From the NCBI GenBank assembly GCA_020184695.1, contig JAANOX010000150.1, forward strand, positions 119,096-183,095: a stretch of 64,000 nucleotides of DNA, given 5' to 3'. Of the stretch, positions 20,816 through 31,487 are shown in pieces. Numbering within the stretch: position 1 is the stretch's first letter; every line of letters begins with the position of its first letter. A model generated the notes under the pieces. The model did not search any database and had not been told where the DNA came from. It was given only the letters and a program-made list of their open reading frames with translations. The translations under genes were made by a program, and so were the position numbers. This DNA comes from Histomonas meleagridis 2922-C6/04-290x (lineage: Eukaryota > Protista > Parabasalia).

Positions 20816-23188
20816 ATGACTGCGTTACTCCCGCACCTTTGCTTAACATTGGAGGATATCCAAAGGTATCTTTTAGAATCACCTAACTGGAGACTTTCTG
20901 AAGATTTAGTTGAGAAAGCTACTGATGCAATCAAGATCGAACCATCAGTTCTTCCTGAGCAATTACAAAAATACAACTCCGTTCATAGAATAGCACTCTT
21001 AAGTGCTGCGGCTGCTTTTCTTTCCCAAAAAGAGAAAGGTTCTTCTGTTGCACTTTCAATTGTAAATCTTGTAAATGCCTTAGAAAAGCCAAAGTTTGTT
21101 CAACCAACTGATGGTTCTTTTAAAGGTACAATTTTTGATATTACATATCCAGATACCTTAAATGATGAAACATTTTCGAAATTCCTTCATGAAACATTTG
21201 ATGGACTTAAATTAAACGATGCTGAAAACCATCTTTTAAATCAACCATATGTCACTGCAGCTACTGTTTTATTAACAACTGCTCTTGGTGAACGTTTACT
21301 TGATTATTCTGCAATTGTTTTATCGCTTAATGCTGAAGTTAGTGACTCTGCTACAATTCCTACAGATCAATACACACGTGAAAATTCACCTGTACATCTT
21401 TCCAAGGCAGCACAAAAAGTAAATGACATTGTAACAAATTCTAAACTTATTAAGAAGAAAGGTGGTTCTGATAATCTTATTCAAGTTGTTGATGCTATTG
21501 CTCCTCTCTTAGGTACTATTTCCACGATTAGAACCAATATTGCTAAGTCTCTCCACTTTTTCAGCAAGTTTATGCTTCAATCCCATCAAACCAATCTCAT
21601 CCAAGGATATAGCCTTATTATGGAACTTCTCTCTGGAACTGTTCCAGAATTAAAGTTACAAGATGTTACAATTTCATTCATTACTGCAATTTACCAAAAG
21701 TATAACCAAGTAAAGGAAGTCATTGGTCAAAAGCAATCTAAACTTCCAAAAGGTCGTCAACTTCCATTTGGACTTATTACAAAAGACTTCAATGAAAAAG
21801 TGTCGCAAAACGGTTTTTCATATTTAACACAACTTAACGTTTTCAAGGCACCCCAAGGAAAATCAGTTGCTGTAAAAGAAGCTTATGGTGCACGTGATCT
21901 TATGCCACTTCAAATGAAGATTCGTGAACAAGTAATTTCACTTGTAACATCAGTGTTCAAACGTCATGGTGCAGTTAGTATTGATACACCAGTATTTGAA
22001 CTCCGTGAAGTTCTTACCGAAAAATATGGTGAAGAAGCTAAACTTATTTACAATCTTGAAGACCAAGGTGGTGAACTTCTTAGTCTTAGATATGATCTTA
22101 CTGTACCATTTGCACGTTTTGTAGCTACACATGGTATCAATCAAATCAAGCGTTATCATATAGCAAAGGTTTACCGTAGAGATCGTCCAGCATTTGAACG
22201 TGGTCGTTTCCGAGAATTTTATCAATGTGATTTTGATATTGCAGGTCCCAGTGGTCCAATGATTGCTGACTCAGAAGTCATATCTACCATCTATGAACTT
22301 CTTACGGCCATTGGTAACTTATGTAAATTTGATTTTGAAATCAAGATTAGTCATCGCCAACTCTTATCAGCCATGACAAAACTTGCAAATGTACCACCAG
22401 AGAAATTCCATACTGTTTGTTCTTCGATTGATAAACTTGATAAAGAAGAATGGTCGACAGTCCGAAATGAGCTTGTCACTCAAAAAGGCCTTTCAGAAGA
22501 ATCCGCCGACAAGTTATGGGAATATCTTCAAATCAATGGCAGTGCCGATGAAGTTATCTCCAAACTTCGTTCTAAACCCGAATTCTTAACGGTCGCCTCC
22601 AAAATCATTGATGAAATGGAACTTTTGTTTACATATTTAACTGCAATGAAAGTTCTTGACAAGTGTACATTTAACTTATCATTAGCGCGTGGTCTTGACT
22701 ATTACACAGGAGTGATCTTCGAAGCAGTTGCAAAAGAAGAAGGTGTCAAAGTTGGTTCAATATCAGGCGGAGGTCGATATGATGAATTAATTGGAATGTT
22801 CTCCAAGAAGAAGATTCCAGCTGTTGGTGCATCACTTGGAATTGAACGTATCTTTTCGATTATGGAACAAAAGATGGAAAAGAAGCCACGCCAAGTTGAT
22901 ACACAAGTTTTTGTATGTTCCCTTGCATGTAATTATACAAAGGAAAGACTTGAAATTGCATCATTACTTTGGAAGGAAGGAATTCCAACTGAATTTGCTT
23001 ATAAGGAAAAGCCGGACATCAAAGCGCAGTTAGGACAAGCTGATACTGTTGGCGCAAAAATCGCAATCATATTGGCACCTGATGAAATGGAAAAAGGTCA
23101 AATTAAAATTAAAGTGCTTGAAACTAAAGAAGAAATTATAATACCTAAGGATGAAATAGTTCCAAAGGTAAAGGAATTGCTTAAATAA
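20816..23188 (+). CDS. HARS: Histidyl-tRNA synthetase with a long N-terminal extension resembling a histidine/phenylalanine ammonia-lyase fold
   Basis: Class II HisRS motifs: GARD, LRYDLTVPFAR, YRRDRP...GRFREFYQCDFDIAG, LARGLDYYTG, GGGRYDELIGMF, GASLGIERIF; anticodon-binding domain at the C-terminus. Confidence 0.95.
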   Translation: MTALLPHLCLTLEDIQRYLLESPNWRLSEDLVEKATDAIKIEPSVLPEQLQKYNSVHRIALLSAAAAFLSQKEKGSSVALSIVNLVNALEKPKFVQPTDGSFKGTIFDITYPDTLNDETFSKFLHETFDGLKLNDAENHLLNQPYVTAATVLLTTALGERLLDYSAIVLSLNAEVSDSATIPTDQYTRENSPVHLSKAAQKVNDIVTNSKLIKKKGGSDNLIQVVDAIAPLLGTISTIRTNIAKSLHFFSKFMLQSHQTNLIQGYSLIMELLSGTVPELKLQDVTISFITAIYQKYNQVKEVIGQKQSKLPKGRQLPFGLITKDFNEKVSQNGFSYLTQLNVFKAPQGKSVAVKEAYGARDLMPLQMKIREQVISLVTSVFKRHGAVSIDTPVFELREVLTEKYGEEAKLIYNLEDQGGELLSLRYDLTVPFARFVATHGINQIKRYHIAKVYRRDRPAFERGRFREFYQCDFDIAGPSGPMIADSEVISTIYELLTAIGNLCKFDFEIKISHRQLLSAMTKLANVPPEKFHTVCSSIDKLDKEEWSTVRNELVTQKGLSEESADKLWEYLQINGSADEVISKLRSKPEFLTVASKIIDEMELLFTYLTAMKVLDKCTFNLSLARGLDYYTGVIFEAVAKEEGVKVGSISGGGRYDELIGMFSKKKIPAVGASLGIERIFSIMEQKMEKKPRQVDTQVFVCSLACNYTKERLEIASLLWKEGIPTEFAYKEKPDIKAQLGQADTVGAKIAIILAPDEMEKGQIKIKVLETKEEIIIPKDEIVPKVKELLK

Positions 23189-23262
23189 AATAATACAAAT
23201 CAATATTTTGATCTGTGAGTTAACGGTCGTAATAATGCCTTTGTCACTTTTTATAAACATCG

Positions 23263-23982
23263 ATGGATGGTCCGAACGAAGGTCAAATTGATTTGGGCAT
23301 TGCAGATGAAGAAGAAGAAAAAGAAGAAGACTATCCAACCTCAAAATTAGGACATTATCGCAGTGAAACAAGAAACACAAACGCATACCAAAAAGTACCA
23401 AATGATAAGGATGATATGTACAATGATGATCCTCTAATTTATGAGAGTGATCCTGAAGTCAAAGGCGGCCAAGTGCATGCAGCACCAGCAAGAGATACAG
23501 TGCAGACAAAAGGAATTAATCCAAATGACAAATCTTCCGAAAAAAGTAAAACAGATGGAACGCAGCCTCAAAAGAATGCGACTAAAGATAAAAGTGGTCA
23601 AGCGCATGCAGCACCAGCAAAAGATACAGCGCAGATAAAAGAAATTAATCCAAATGACAAATCTTCCGAAGAAAGTAAAACAGATGGAACTCAGCCTCAA
23701 AAGAATGCGACTGAAGCCAAAAGCGGCCAAGCGCACGCAGCACCAGCAAAAGATGCAGAGCAGACAAAGGACACTGCGTCGGAAGCGCGTTCGGTGCGCA
23801 ACGAAAAGAAGCTGAATCGGAAGCGCACTGTCAAGCGTGTCCGGATACCGACGTACGGCCTTCCGTATGAGCAATGCTTCGAATTCCGAAACGGCTTAAA
23901 GCGAAGTGATCCGAATATATCGGACAAGAAAATCGATTACTATATGCGAATGTTTGCACATGTTACAATGAGTACGGAATAA
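23263..23982 (+). CDS. Hypothetical low-complexity protein with 129-bp (43-aa) internal repeats
   Basis: GCAGCACCAGCAA recurs at 23479, 23608 and 23737; ends in TAAA. Confidence 0.7.
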   Translation: MDGPNEGQIDLGIADEEEEKEEDYPTSKLGHYRSETRNTNAYQKVPNDKDDMYNDDPLIYESDPEVKGGQVHAAPARDTVQTKGINPNDKSSEKSKTDGTQPQKNATKDKSGQAHAAPAKDTAQIKEINPNDKSSEESKTDGTQPQKNATEAKSGQAHAAPAKDAEQTKDTASEARSVRNEKKLNRKRTVKRVRIPTYGLPYEQCFEFRNGLKRSDPNISDKKIDYYMRMFAHVTMSTE

Positions 23983-24176
23983 ATTTATAAATATATCATA
24001 AAATTTATCAAAACATTTTATAATTATTTAATGGAAATGTTTTCGTTTTTTGTATTCACAAGAATTATGAGTAGAATTGATATTATTTATTAAACGTTAA
24101 AACTATAATTGTAATGTGAAAAAATAACTTCACATCGTTATACTATCATTATTAATTTAAAACGCGACATCTTCTT

Positions 24177-26199
24177 TTATTGAAAAAATAATTTAATCAT
24201 TTCAATATTGTGATAAGCTTTCATAAGTACTGTTTCAAATGTTTTGAAAAAATTACAAAAAATATTTTCAAATATAAAATCATTTAATTTTATTTTAAAT
24301 AATACAACGAATTACCATTAGCATTAATATCAATTCCATCTTTTTCAAGAAGTAATTTAACTACATCTGTATTACCTTTTTTAGATGCCAATATAAGTGC
24401 TGTCATAAATAATTTCAACAATTTCCAAATTTCATTTTGAAATATCAAAATATTACAATATATTTTAAATAAAGTAAATAAATATCTTTAACGTTAATAT
24501 CAATTCCATCTTTTTCAAGAAGTAATTTAACTATTTCTATGCTATCATTGTAAGAAGCAGCAATAAGTGCTGTCATAAATAATTTCAACAATTTCCAAAT
24601 TTCATTTTGAAATATCAAAATATTACAATATATTTTAAATAAAGTAAATAAATATCTTTAACGTTAATATCAATTCCATCTTTTTCAAGAAGTAATTTAA
24701 CTATTTCTATGCTATCATTGTAAGAAGCAGCAATAAGTGCTGTCATAAATAATTTCAACAATTTCCAAATTTCATTTTGAAATATCAAAATATTACAATA
24801 TATTTTAAATAAAGTAAATAAATATCTTTAACGTTAATATCAATTCCATCTTTTTCAAGAAGTAATTTAAATATTTCTATTCTCTCATTGTAAGAAGCAG
24901 CAATAAGTGCTGTATGATATAATTCAAATATTTCCCAAATATCATTATGAAATATTAAATTATTACAATATGTTTTAAATAAGATGAATCAATATCTTGT
25001 GTATTAACATCAATTCCATCTTTTTCAAGAAGTAATTTAACGATATCCGTATTATCAAAGGTGATAGCACGCATAAGTGCTGTTTCAAATAATCTACATA
25101 ATTTCCAAATATTATTTTAATCTATTATAAGATATTCTAGATAAACATCAAATAAATTAAAATCAATACATTTCTTATTAAGACTAATATTAATCTCATC
25201 TTTTTCAAGAAGGAATTTAACTATTTCTGTACAACCATTTTCAGCAGCAATATAAAGTGCTGGAGCAAATAATTCAAATATTTCCCAAATATTATTTTGA
25301 ATCAATATATGATTAAAATAAATATCAAATAAAATAAATTTATATCTATAACATTAATATCTATATCTTTTTGTGCAAGAAGTAACTTTGCAATTTCAGT
25401 ACGCTCATGTCTCGCAGCAAAAAATAATGCTGTCCAAAATATTGTGAATATTTTCCAAATATTATTTTAGAGTTCCAAAATATTAAAATAAATATTAGAT
25501 AAAACAATTAAATAGATTTAGTATTAATATCAGTGCCTTTTTGTTCAAGAAGGATTTTAACGATTTCTATGTCACCATCTTCAGTTGCATTCATAAGTAA
25601 TGTATTAAATATTTCATATAATTTCCAAATATTATTTTGAAACAAAAAAATTTTAAAGCAAATTTTAAATAAATTTAGCATCTGTTTTTAGCATTAATGT
25701 TCATTCCTTTATGTTTACAATATAATTTAATAATTTCCTTATTCCGATTTTCAACAGCAATCGAAAGTGCTGATTCTCCAAATAATTAGAAAAAATATCG
25801 AATATAATTTTGAAATATTAAATTATTAAAATAAATTTCAAAGAAAACAAATTAATTTCTTGATAATTGATATCAATTCCTTCTTGTTCAAGAAGTAATT
25901 TAACAATTTCTGTATGACCATTTTGAGATGCAATCATAAGTGCTGTCCAAAATAATTTAAATAATTTCCAATTATTATTTTGAAATCCAAAATTATTAAA
26001 ATAAATATCAAATAAAATAAATAAATATCTTCATCATTAATATCAATTCCTTCTTGTTCAAGAAGTAATTTAACGATTTTTGTATGACCTTTATAAGATG
26101 CCCACATAAGTGCTGTATTAAATAATTTAAATAATTTCCAAATATTATTTTGAAATATTAAATCATTAAAATAAATATTAATATATTAATATAAATTTT
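24177..26199 (-). repeat. Array of 11 intact 90-nt ankyrin-repeat cassettes plus a terminal cap, separated by 12 AT-rich spacers (period mostly 170 bp)
   Basis: Cassette starts (minus strand) at 26116, 25946, 25773, 25603, 25433, 25263, 25083, 24913, 24743, 24573, 24403 and 24233. Each of the first 11 reads xALxxAxxxxxxEIVKLLLExxGIDINxxD without stops. Confidence 0.9.
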
Positions 26200-27360
26200 A
26201 TCTTTAGCATTTATATTGATAACTTTTTTTTCTAATATATATTTAACAAGTTCTATATTCCCTGATTTTGAAGAAAATATCAAAATATCATTTGGGATAC
26301 TATTAGTTTTAAGAAAATAGTTAACTTGGTATAAATTCCCTATTTCTGCAAATTCATTAATAATATCAGCATTAATTTTCATTCCATTTGTTTCAAGAAA
26401 CAAAAAAATTTCATAATTATTATAAAAAGCACACTTTATTCCTAAATATTCTAAGTTTTTAATTTCATTAATTTTATTTTCATAAATATATTTAAAGATA
26501 TCATTACGATGGAATTCAATTGCTGTCTCATATGCATCTTCAAATGATGAATTATTTTGTTCGCATAAATGAATGATTTCAATATTTCCACCTGCAACTG
26601 CATATTTTCCTGTGTTTGTTACATTTGCACCATTCATAAGTAAATATTTAAAACATTTAACTGAAGAAAAAAATGCAGCATAATCAATTAATGTAACATC
26701 ATTATCATTGATAAATGAACATCTTTCATAAAGTGATGGTTCAATTTCTTGATTAAAATCAAAATTACTTTGTGATGATATTTCTTGAAGTTTTTCGATT
26801 TCATCATTTCGAATTATTTTTGCGATTTTATTTGGATTATGTCCTTCGTTAATTAACTTTTTATGAAGTTCCCAATCATTCTTTGAAAGTCCATCATAAT
26901 TATTAATGATTTGATTCATAAAAGCAAAATGTTTTATTTTGTCAATTTGAATATTTGGCATGTAATGTATGAAATATGGAATTCTAATTTTCTTGTTTAT
27001 ATTTTTTATAATTTTAGAACTTAATAAATTTTGTTTAATTAAATTATAAAAAATAAATAATGTCTTTCTCGAATTTTTGCGAAGAAGAAAATATGAAAAT
27101 TCATCAAGAAAATTGGATTTAATACTTACAATTTCTTTTATAAATGTCAAAAATAAATCAATATTATTCATATTAGAAGTATAAGATGAATATAACATTT
27201 GACTAATAAATAGCTGATAAGATATTGGATAAATATCATCAAATTTATTCATTAATGAATTTACTGTTTGTGCAATATTTCTTTCTTCCAGATTATAAAA
27301 CATTTTACTAATATACAGAAAGGTTTTCATTTCATTTTGTGGCTCCTGTTTCACCTCCAT
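26158..27360 (-). CDS. DUF3447-type ankyrin-repeat protein; 5' portion of the interrupted ankyrin gene
   Basis: IIRNDEIEKLQ, TLIDYAAFFSSVKCFKYLLMNGA, YAVAGGNIEIIHLCE, AIEFHRNDIF, then ankyrin repeats. Coding character ends at ...ININAKD (26200), and the ORF runs on into the first spacer to a TAA. Confidence 0.85.
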   Translation of the reverse strand: MEVKQEPQNEMKTFLYISKMFYNLEERNIAQTVNSLMNKFDDIYPISYQLFISQMLYSSYTSNMNNIDLFLTFIKEIVSIKSNFLDEFSYFLLRKNSRKTLFIFYNLIKQNLLSSKIIKNINKKIRIPYFIHYMPNIQIDKIKHFAFMNQIINNYDGLSKNDWELHKKLINEGHNPNKIAKIIRNDEIEKLQEISSQSNFDFNQEIEPSLYERCSFINDNDVTLIDYAAFFSSVKCFKYLLMNGANVTNTGKYAVAGGNIEIIHLCEQNNSSFEDAYETAIEFHRNDIFKYIYENKINEIKNLEYLGIKCAFYNNYEIFLFLETNGMKINADIINEFAEIGNLYQVNYFLKTNSIPNDILIFSSKSGNIELVKYILEKKVININAKDKIYINILIFILMI

Positions 27361-27899
27361 CCAAAAAATTTGGTCGAGCTGGGTTATAATGGACAGATTG
27401 AATGAACCGTCGTTTTTATATCAACACAAATTTTCTAATAACTCTGAAAAAGTAGGAATTATTGAATGATTGTTGATAACTTTTTCAGTGAAAATTTTAA
27501 TTCAAATTGCAATTCAGCATGATGAGAAATTTTCTCGATAAAATCAACACTATGATATTTATTAAAATTTTACTCTATCAAATTGAGAGTTTATTGAATG
27601 GCTTTCAGACGATCGATTTATACTCAATATTCATATCAATTATACATTCATGAGTGGTGTTTTCGAAAAAAATTGGTTAATTATTTTGATGATCTTTGGA
27701 GTTTAATTAGGTTTCAATATTTTAATTAATATAAATAAAATTATGTAATCATTAATTTTCTGAACTTTAAATTTTGAGTATAATTATTGTATTTTGTTGT
27801 GTTTCTAGAAATTTATATTTTGCAAAAGTTTGCTAATTGTCGAATTTTAGGATTTAGTAGCATTATTAAGTAAATAAATTTTTATATATGCTTATATAT

Positions 27900-29150
27900 T
27901 ACAAATGAATATCTCCGAAGTATTCCATGCTAATTATAAAGTATTTTATGTTAATTGCACAGTATCAATTGCATTCAATAATTCCAACATTCCCACAAAT
28001 TATTTATGGATTTAGAAACATATTAAATCAGAATTCTAATTTGATAATTAAAAAATTAACTAAAGAAATTATATTAACAATTTTTAATGATTTTTTAGAG
28101 TATTATCTTGTCCTTATTTTTGCAATAATTGCTGCAGATGAATCAATAAAATTCGGAGATGTCATCAAATTAAAAAGTGTTTGTATGGAACCTAATTATA
28201 TATTTTTAATTAAGTTATATATTCAAACCTAAATTCGTTATATTTCTGAACAAAATATTGATTTTCCAATTGATGAAACAGAAAAAACAGCAAGACCTTT
28301 TACTCATTATTATATAGATTGTTATAATAATAAATCAAAAAATAAAATATTTAATCAAAGTGGTTCCTTCTTTCAGAGAACGAAATTTTAAGTAAAATTC
28401 AACAAGGTGATTGGAATCATCATTATATATATAGTACAATAAAAATTAATAACATGTCTATAAAAATAATATTAATATAGAAATACCATCTGGGAAAATG
28501 TTTGGAACTCAAAAAATAATAAATGATATTGAAAATAATTTTAATATTACGTTGGGATAGAAGAAAAAAATATTAATTTCAATGGTAATATTTTTTATGC
28601 AGATAGTGATACAAAAACAAAATTTATTACTTATAAAAGTAACATTATTGTTTCTGATTTCTAATGTGATTGTATTCCAAATATTTATGGACGATTAATT
28701 TAATTCAGAAAAAACAACATTCGTTTCGATAATAATCAAGAATTAAATGTTAATCAAATAACACAACATGATAAAAAATTATCTTTAAAAAATCGAATTT
28801 TCATTTTTACAATCTGCTATTATTTCACTAATAGGATCTGATAATAAATTGATGGGAAATGAAGTTTTCCCATATGATCTTAATTCAGGATTTTTCGAGA
28901 ATCTTTCATGTGGGTTATTACAAAGAAAAAATATACAAATAATTTATCTTGCACTTAAAAAACTTATAAATGTCTATTTATTAGATGATATTGGAGATGA
29001 ATGAATGAGAAGGGCAGGTGATTATAAATAAAGGAAGTTCCCAATATATTTACCCAACACATACTTTAACACAAACATATTTATTTGATAAATCGAATAA
29101 GTTTTCTAAATCAAATACATTTTCGAAATCAAATTGAATTATTATTTCAG
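27900..29150 (+). pseudogene. Decayed surface-protein gene fragment
   Basis: Broken frames, including THTLTQTYLFDKSNKFSKSNTFSKSN (about 29056-29136), the stalk motif seen in other surface proteins in this window; many stops. Confidence 0.35.
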
Positions 29151-29557
29151 ACATGTTTAGCGAACTATTAACATAGCATTATCATTCGCATTATTGTGTT
29201 TAAATAATCGTACAATGACAAAATGACATTTAATCCAGCTCGACCAAAATTTTTTCAATTTTTTCAAGTGAGGAAGACGTTTATCTTGTTTATAAAATAA
29301 ACGGTCGGAAATGCCCTTTAAATTATATTAATTAATTAAACAATACAACACCATTTTAAAATGCTTAATTGTTACGTCACCTAAAAATAGCAATGTACAA
29401 AAAAATTATTTTATTTCAATTCCTTTCGAGAAAAAACCTAAAAATGTAAAGAGCATTGATGGAGATTATACATCATATAGCAACTTTCAGCTGTTCAGTT
29501 GTCTAACATTAACTACATAAAATTATTAAAATAAATAATATTATTTATAAACAAATA

Positions 29558-30994
29558 TTAATACAGAGAAAATTTCCTTTTGGAATGCGTAGTTGACCTT
29601 TTCACAATTACTTCTTCGAAATCATCTGCTTGCATTCTCCACCTAGAAACAGTTGAAGGCCTTCTTACGCTAGAAGATCTTGGCCTTTGTATAGAAGAAT
29701 GAATTGTTATGTCTTTTTTGTTATTATCTTTGTTTTGATTCAGAGATTTCCTTTTTGTAGTAAGATGTGGTTCATTTATTTCCTTGACAAGAGTTTTAGG
29801 CTTAAGTGGTTTCCTTTCATAAGTACTTTGTTTTGGTGCATTTGCTTCGCGTTTGATTAACTTTTTATTATCTTGTTCTTTCATTTGAAGTTTTTTTCTT
29901 GTTGCATTTATTCGTGTTTCTGCAAGCTTTAGGTCTATTTTCAGTGCATTTAACGTAGCAGCAAAGTTATCATCATGTTTTTTGGGTGTTGCAGCTTGTT
30001 CTTTCTGTTTCACTTTTTCTGTAGTCTTTTTCTCTAAATTGAATTGTTTATTTGGCGGTTGTTGAGAAGGTTTAACGGTTTTCTTTTGGCAGTTTATCGG
30101 CTCTTCTCTTTTTTTGTTCCAATCATATTTGAAGTCATACACAAAGCCTTCCCTGATAAAAAGATTGCGGAACAACTTTCTAAGTTCCGAGTAATTAGGA
30201 GTTTCACTAAATTTAAGATTTCTTACAATATGAAAATAACGAACAAACTCATCTGGAAAGCCTTTGCATAATTCTTCGAATGTTGTTCTTGACTTAACCG
30301 CACAGATCTTCTGGTATTTCTGTTTTTGGTCTTTCGCAGTGAGACCCATCCATGGAAGATTTCCGCGGAGAAGATAAAGCCAAACATATCCAAGAGATTC
30401 AAGATCATCTCTCCTGGATTGCTCTTTACCTTGGAGAGCATTTACTGAGGCATAACGAGCTGTTCCAGTAAGTGATTTTCCATCGCAATATGGAATGTGT
30501 ACGTGTGTCTTTTGATCTCTATACTTTTTTGCAAGACCATAATCAATAATGAAAACTTGGTTTGATGTGTTTCGAATCCCCATTACAAAATTATCAGGTT
30601 TGATATCTCTATGAATAAAATTTTTTTTGTGGATGTACTCGGTACATGAAAGCATTTGATCTGCAAGCATTAGAACTGTTTTGAGAGAAAATCTGTGATG
30701 ACATAATACAAAAAGATCTTCAAGTGATTTTCCTAAGTAATCAATTACCATAAAATTGTAATGACTTTCTGTTCCGTAATAATGAATCTTAGGTATTCCT
30801 GTTCCACCTGAAAAGATATTATATAATCTTGATTCAAAAGCTAATTGTGGAATTTTAGTTCGAGAATTTTCGACTTTAACAGCAAATGCATGATGTGAAT
30901 TTATATTTTCTGCAATATATATTTCACCAAAGCTTCCAGAACCAATTTTTTTCCTTAACCTATAACAAGATCCAACAATCTTATCAACCAACAT
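29558..30994 (-). CDS. Casein kinase 1 family kinase with a basic C-terminal tail
   Basis: [53 protein letters not shown] and LPWMGL. Confidence 0.95.
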   Translation of the reverse strand: MLVDKIVGSCYRLRKKIGSGSFGEIYIAENINSHHAFAVKVENSRTKIPQLAFESRLYNIFSGGTGIPKIHYYGTESHYNFMVIDYLGKSLEDLFVLCHHRFSLKTVLMLADQMLSCTEYIHKKNFIHRDIKPDNFVMGIRNTSNQVFIIDYGLAKKYRDQKTHVHIPYCDGKSLTGTARYASVNALQGKEQSRRDDLESLGYVWLYLLRGNLPWMGLTAKDQKQKYQKICAVKSRTTFEELCKGFPDEFVRYFHIVRNLKFSETPNYSELRKLFRNLFIREGFVYDFKYDWNKKREEPINCQKKTVKPSQQPPNKQFNLEKKTTEKVKQKEQAATPKKHDDNFAATLNALKIDLKLAETRINATRKKLQMKEQDNKKLIKREANAPKQSTYERKPLKPKTLVKEINEPHLTTKRKSLNQNKDNNKKDITIHSSIQRPRSSSVRRPSTVSRWRMQADDFEEVIVKRSTTHSKRKFSLY

Positions 30995-31487
30995 CCTTCA
31001 TTGGCCAAATAACGTATAAACAAACCGTTTATTGACAAAAATTTTCCACTTTTTGATAACATGTTATTTCTCATTCCGACATATCAAGGTGAAGAAATGA
31101 AAAAAATAATCAGCTCATATGATTATGTCGAATGCACAGTATTGGGCAAACAAAAGATGATGTTATATATCTTAACTGCAGTTGCAAATCGTAAAAATAA
31201 CTAATACAGAACTAATGATAGAAACTCTTGTGTAATTTATTGAGATATATCAGCAAAATTTGAATATAAAATACTTGAAACTTCATATTAAATTATTTTC
31301 ATATAACTATGGTTAGATTTGTATATTATTTTAGTCAAAATAGCGCAAGTGAGGTGTAGTAAGGTAGAATTTGAATAGTAACGCCTCATTCATTGAATTT
31401 TCAATTATTTCAGGTGGAATAAAGTATTTAAATACATCAACTGAAGTTTATTCAAAACTAAAGTCAGGCTTTGACATCATTTTCACA

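Noticed and set aside
24177-26199. Ankyrin array read as a CRISPR array or as ordinary spliceosomal introns
   Set aside because: The variable part is protein-coding ankyrin. No GT donors or ACTAAC-AG acceptors are present. Using the AG in ACA-G|CA would give 28-aa repeats and fails in cassette 4; an AT-AC reading gives the wrong frame.
24177-26199. Simple programmed -1 frameshifting or matched-codon ribosome hopping through each spacer
   Set aside because: Some spacers have stops within 2-3 codons in the incoming frame and also late in the outgoing frame. A matched take-off/landing codon (TTA) works for some spacers but not all.
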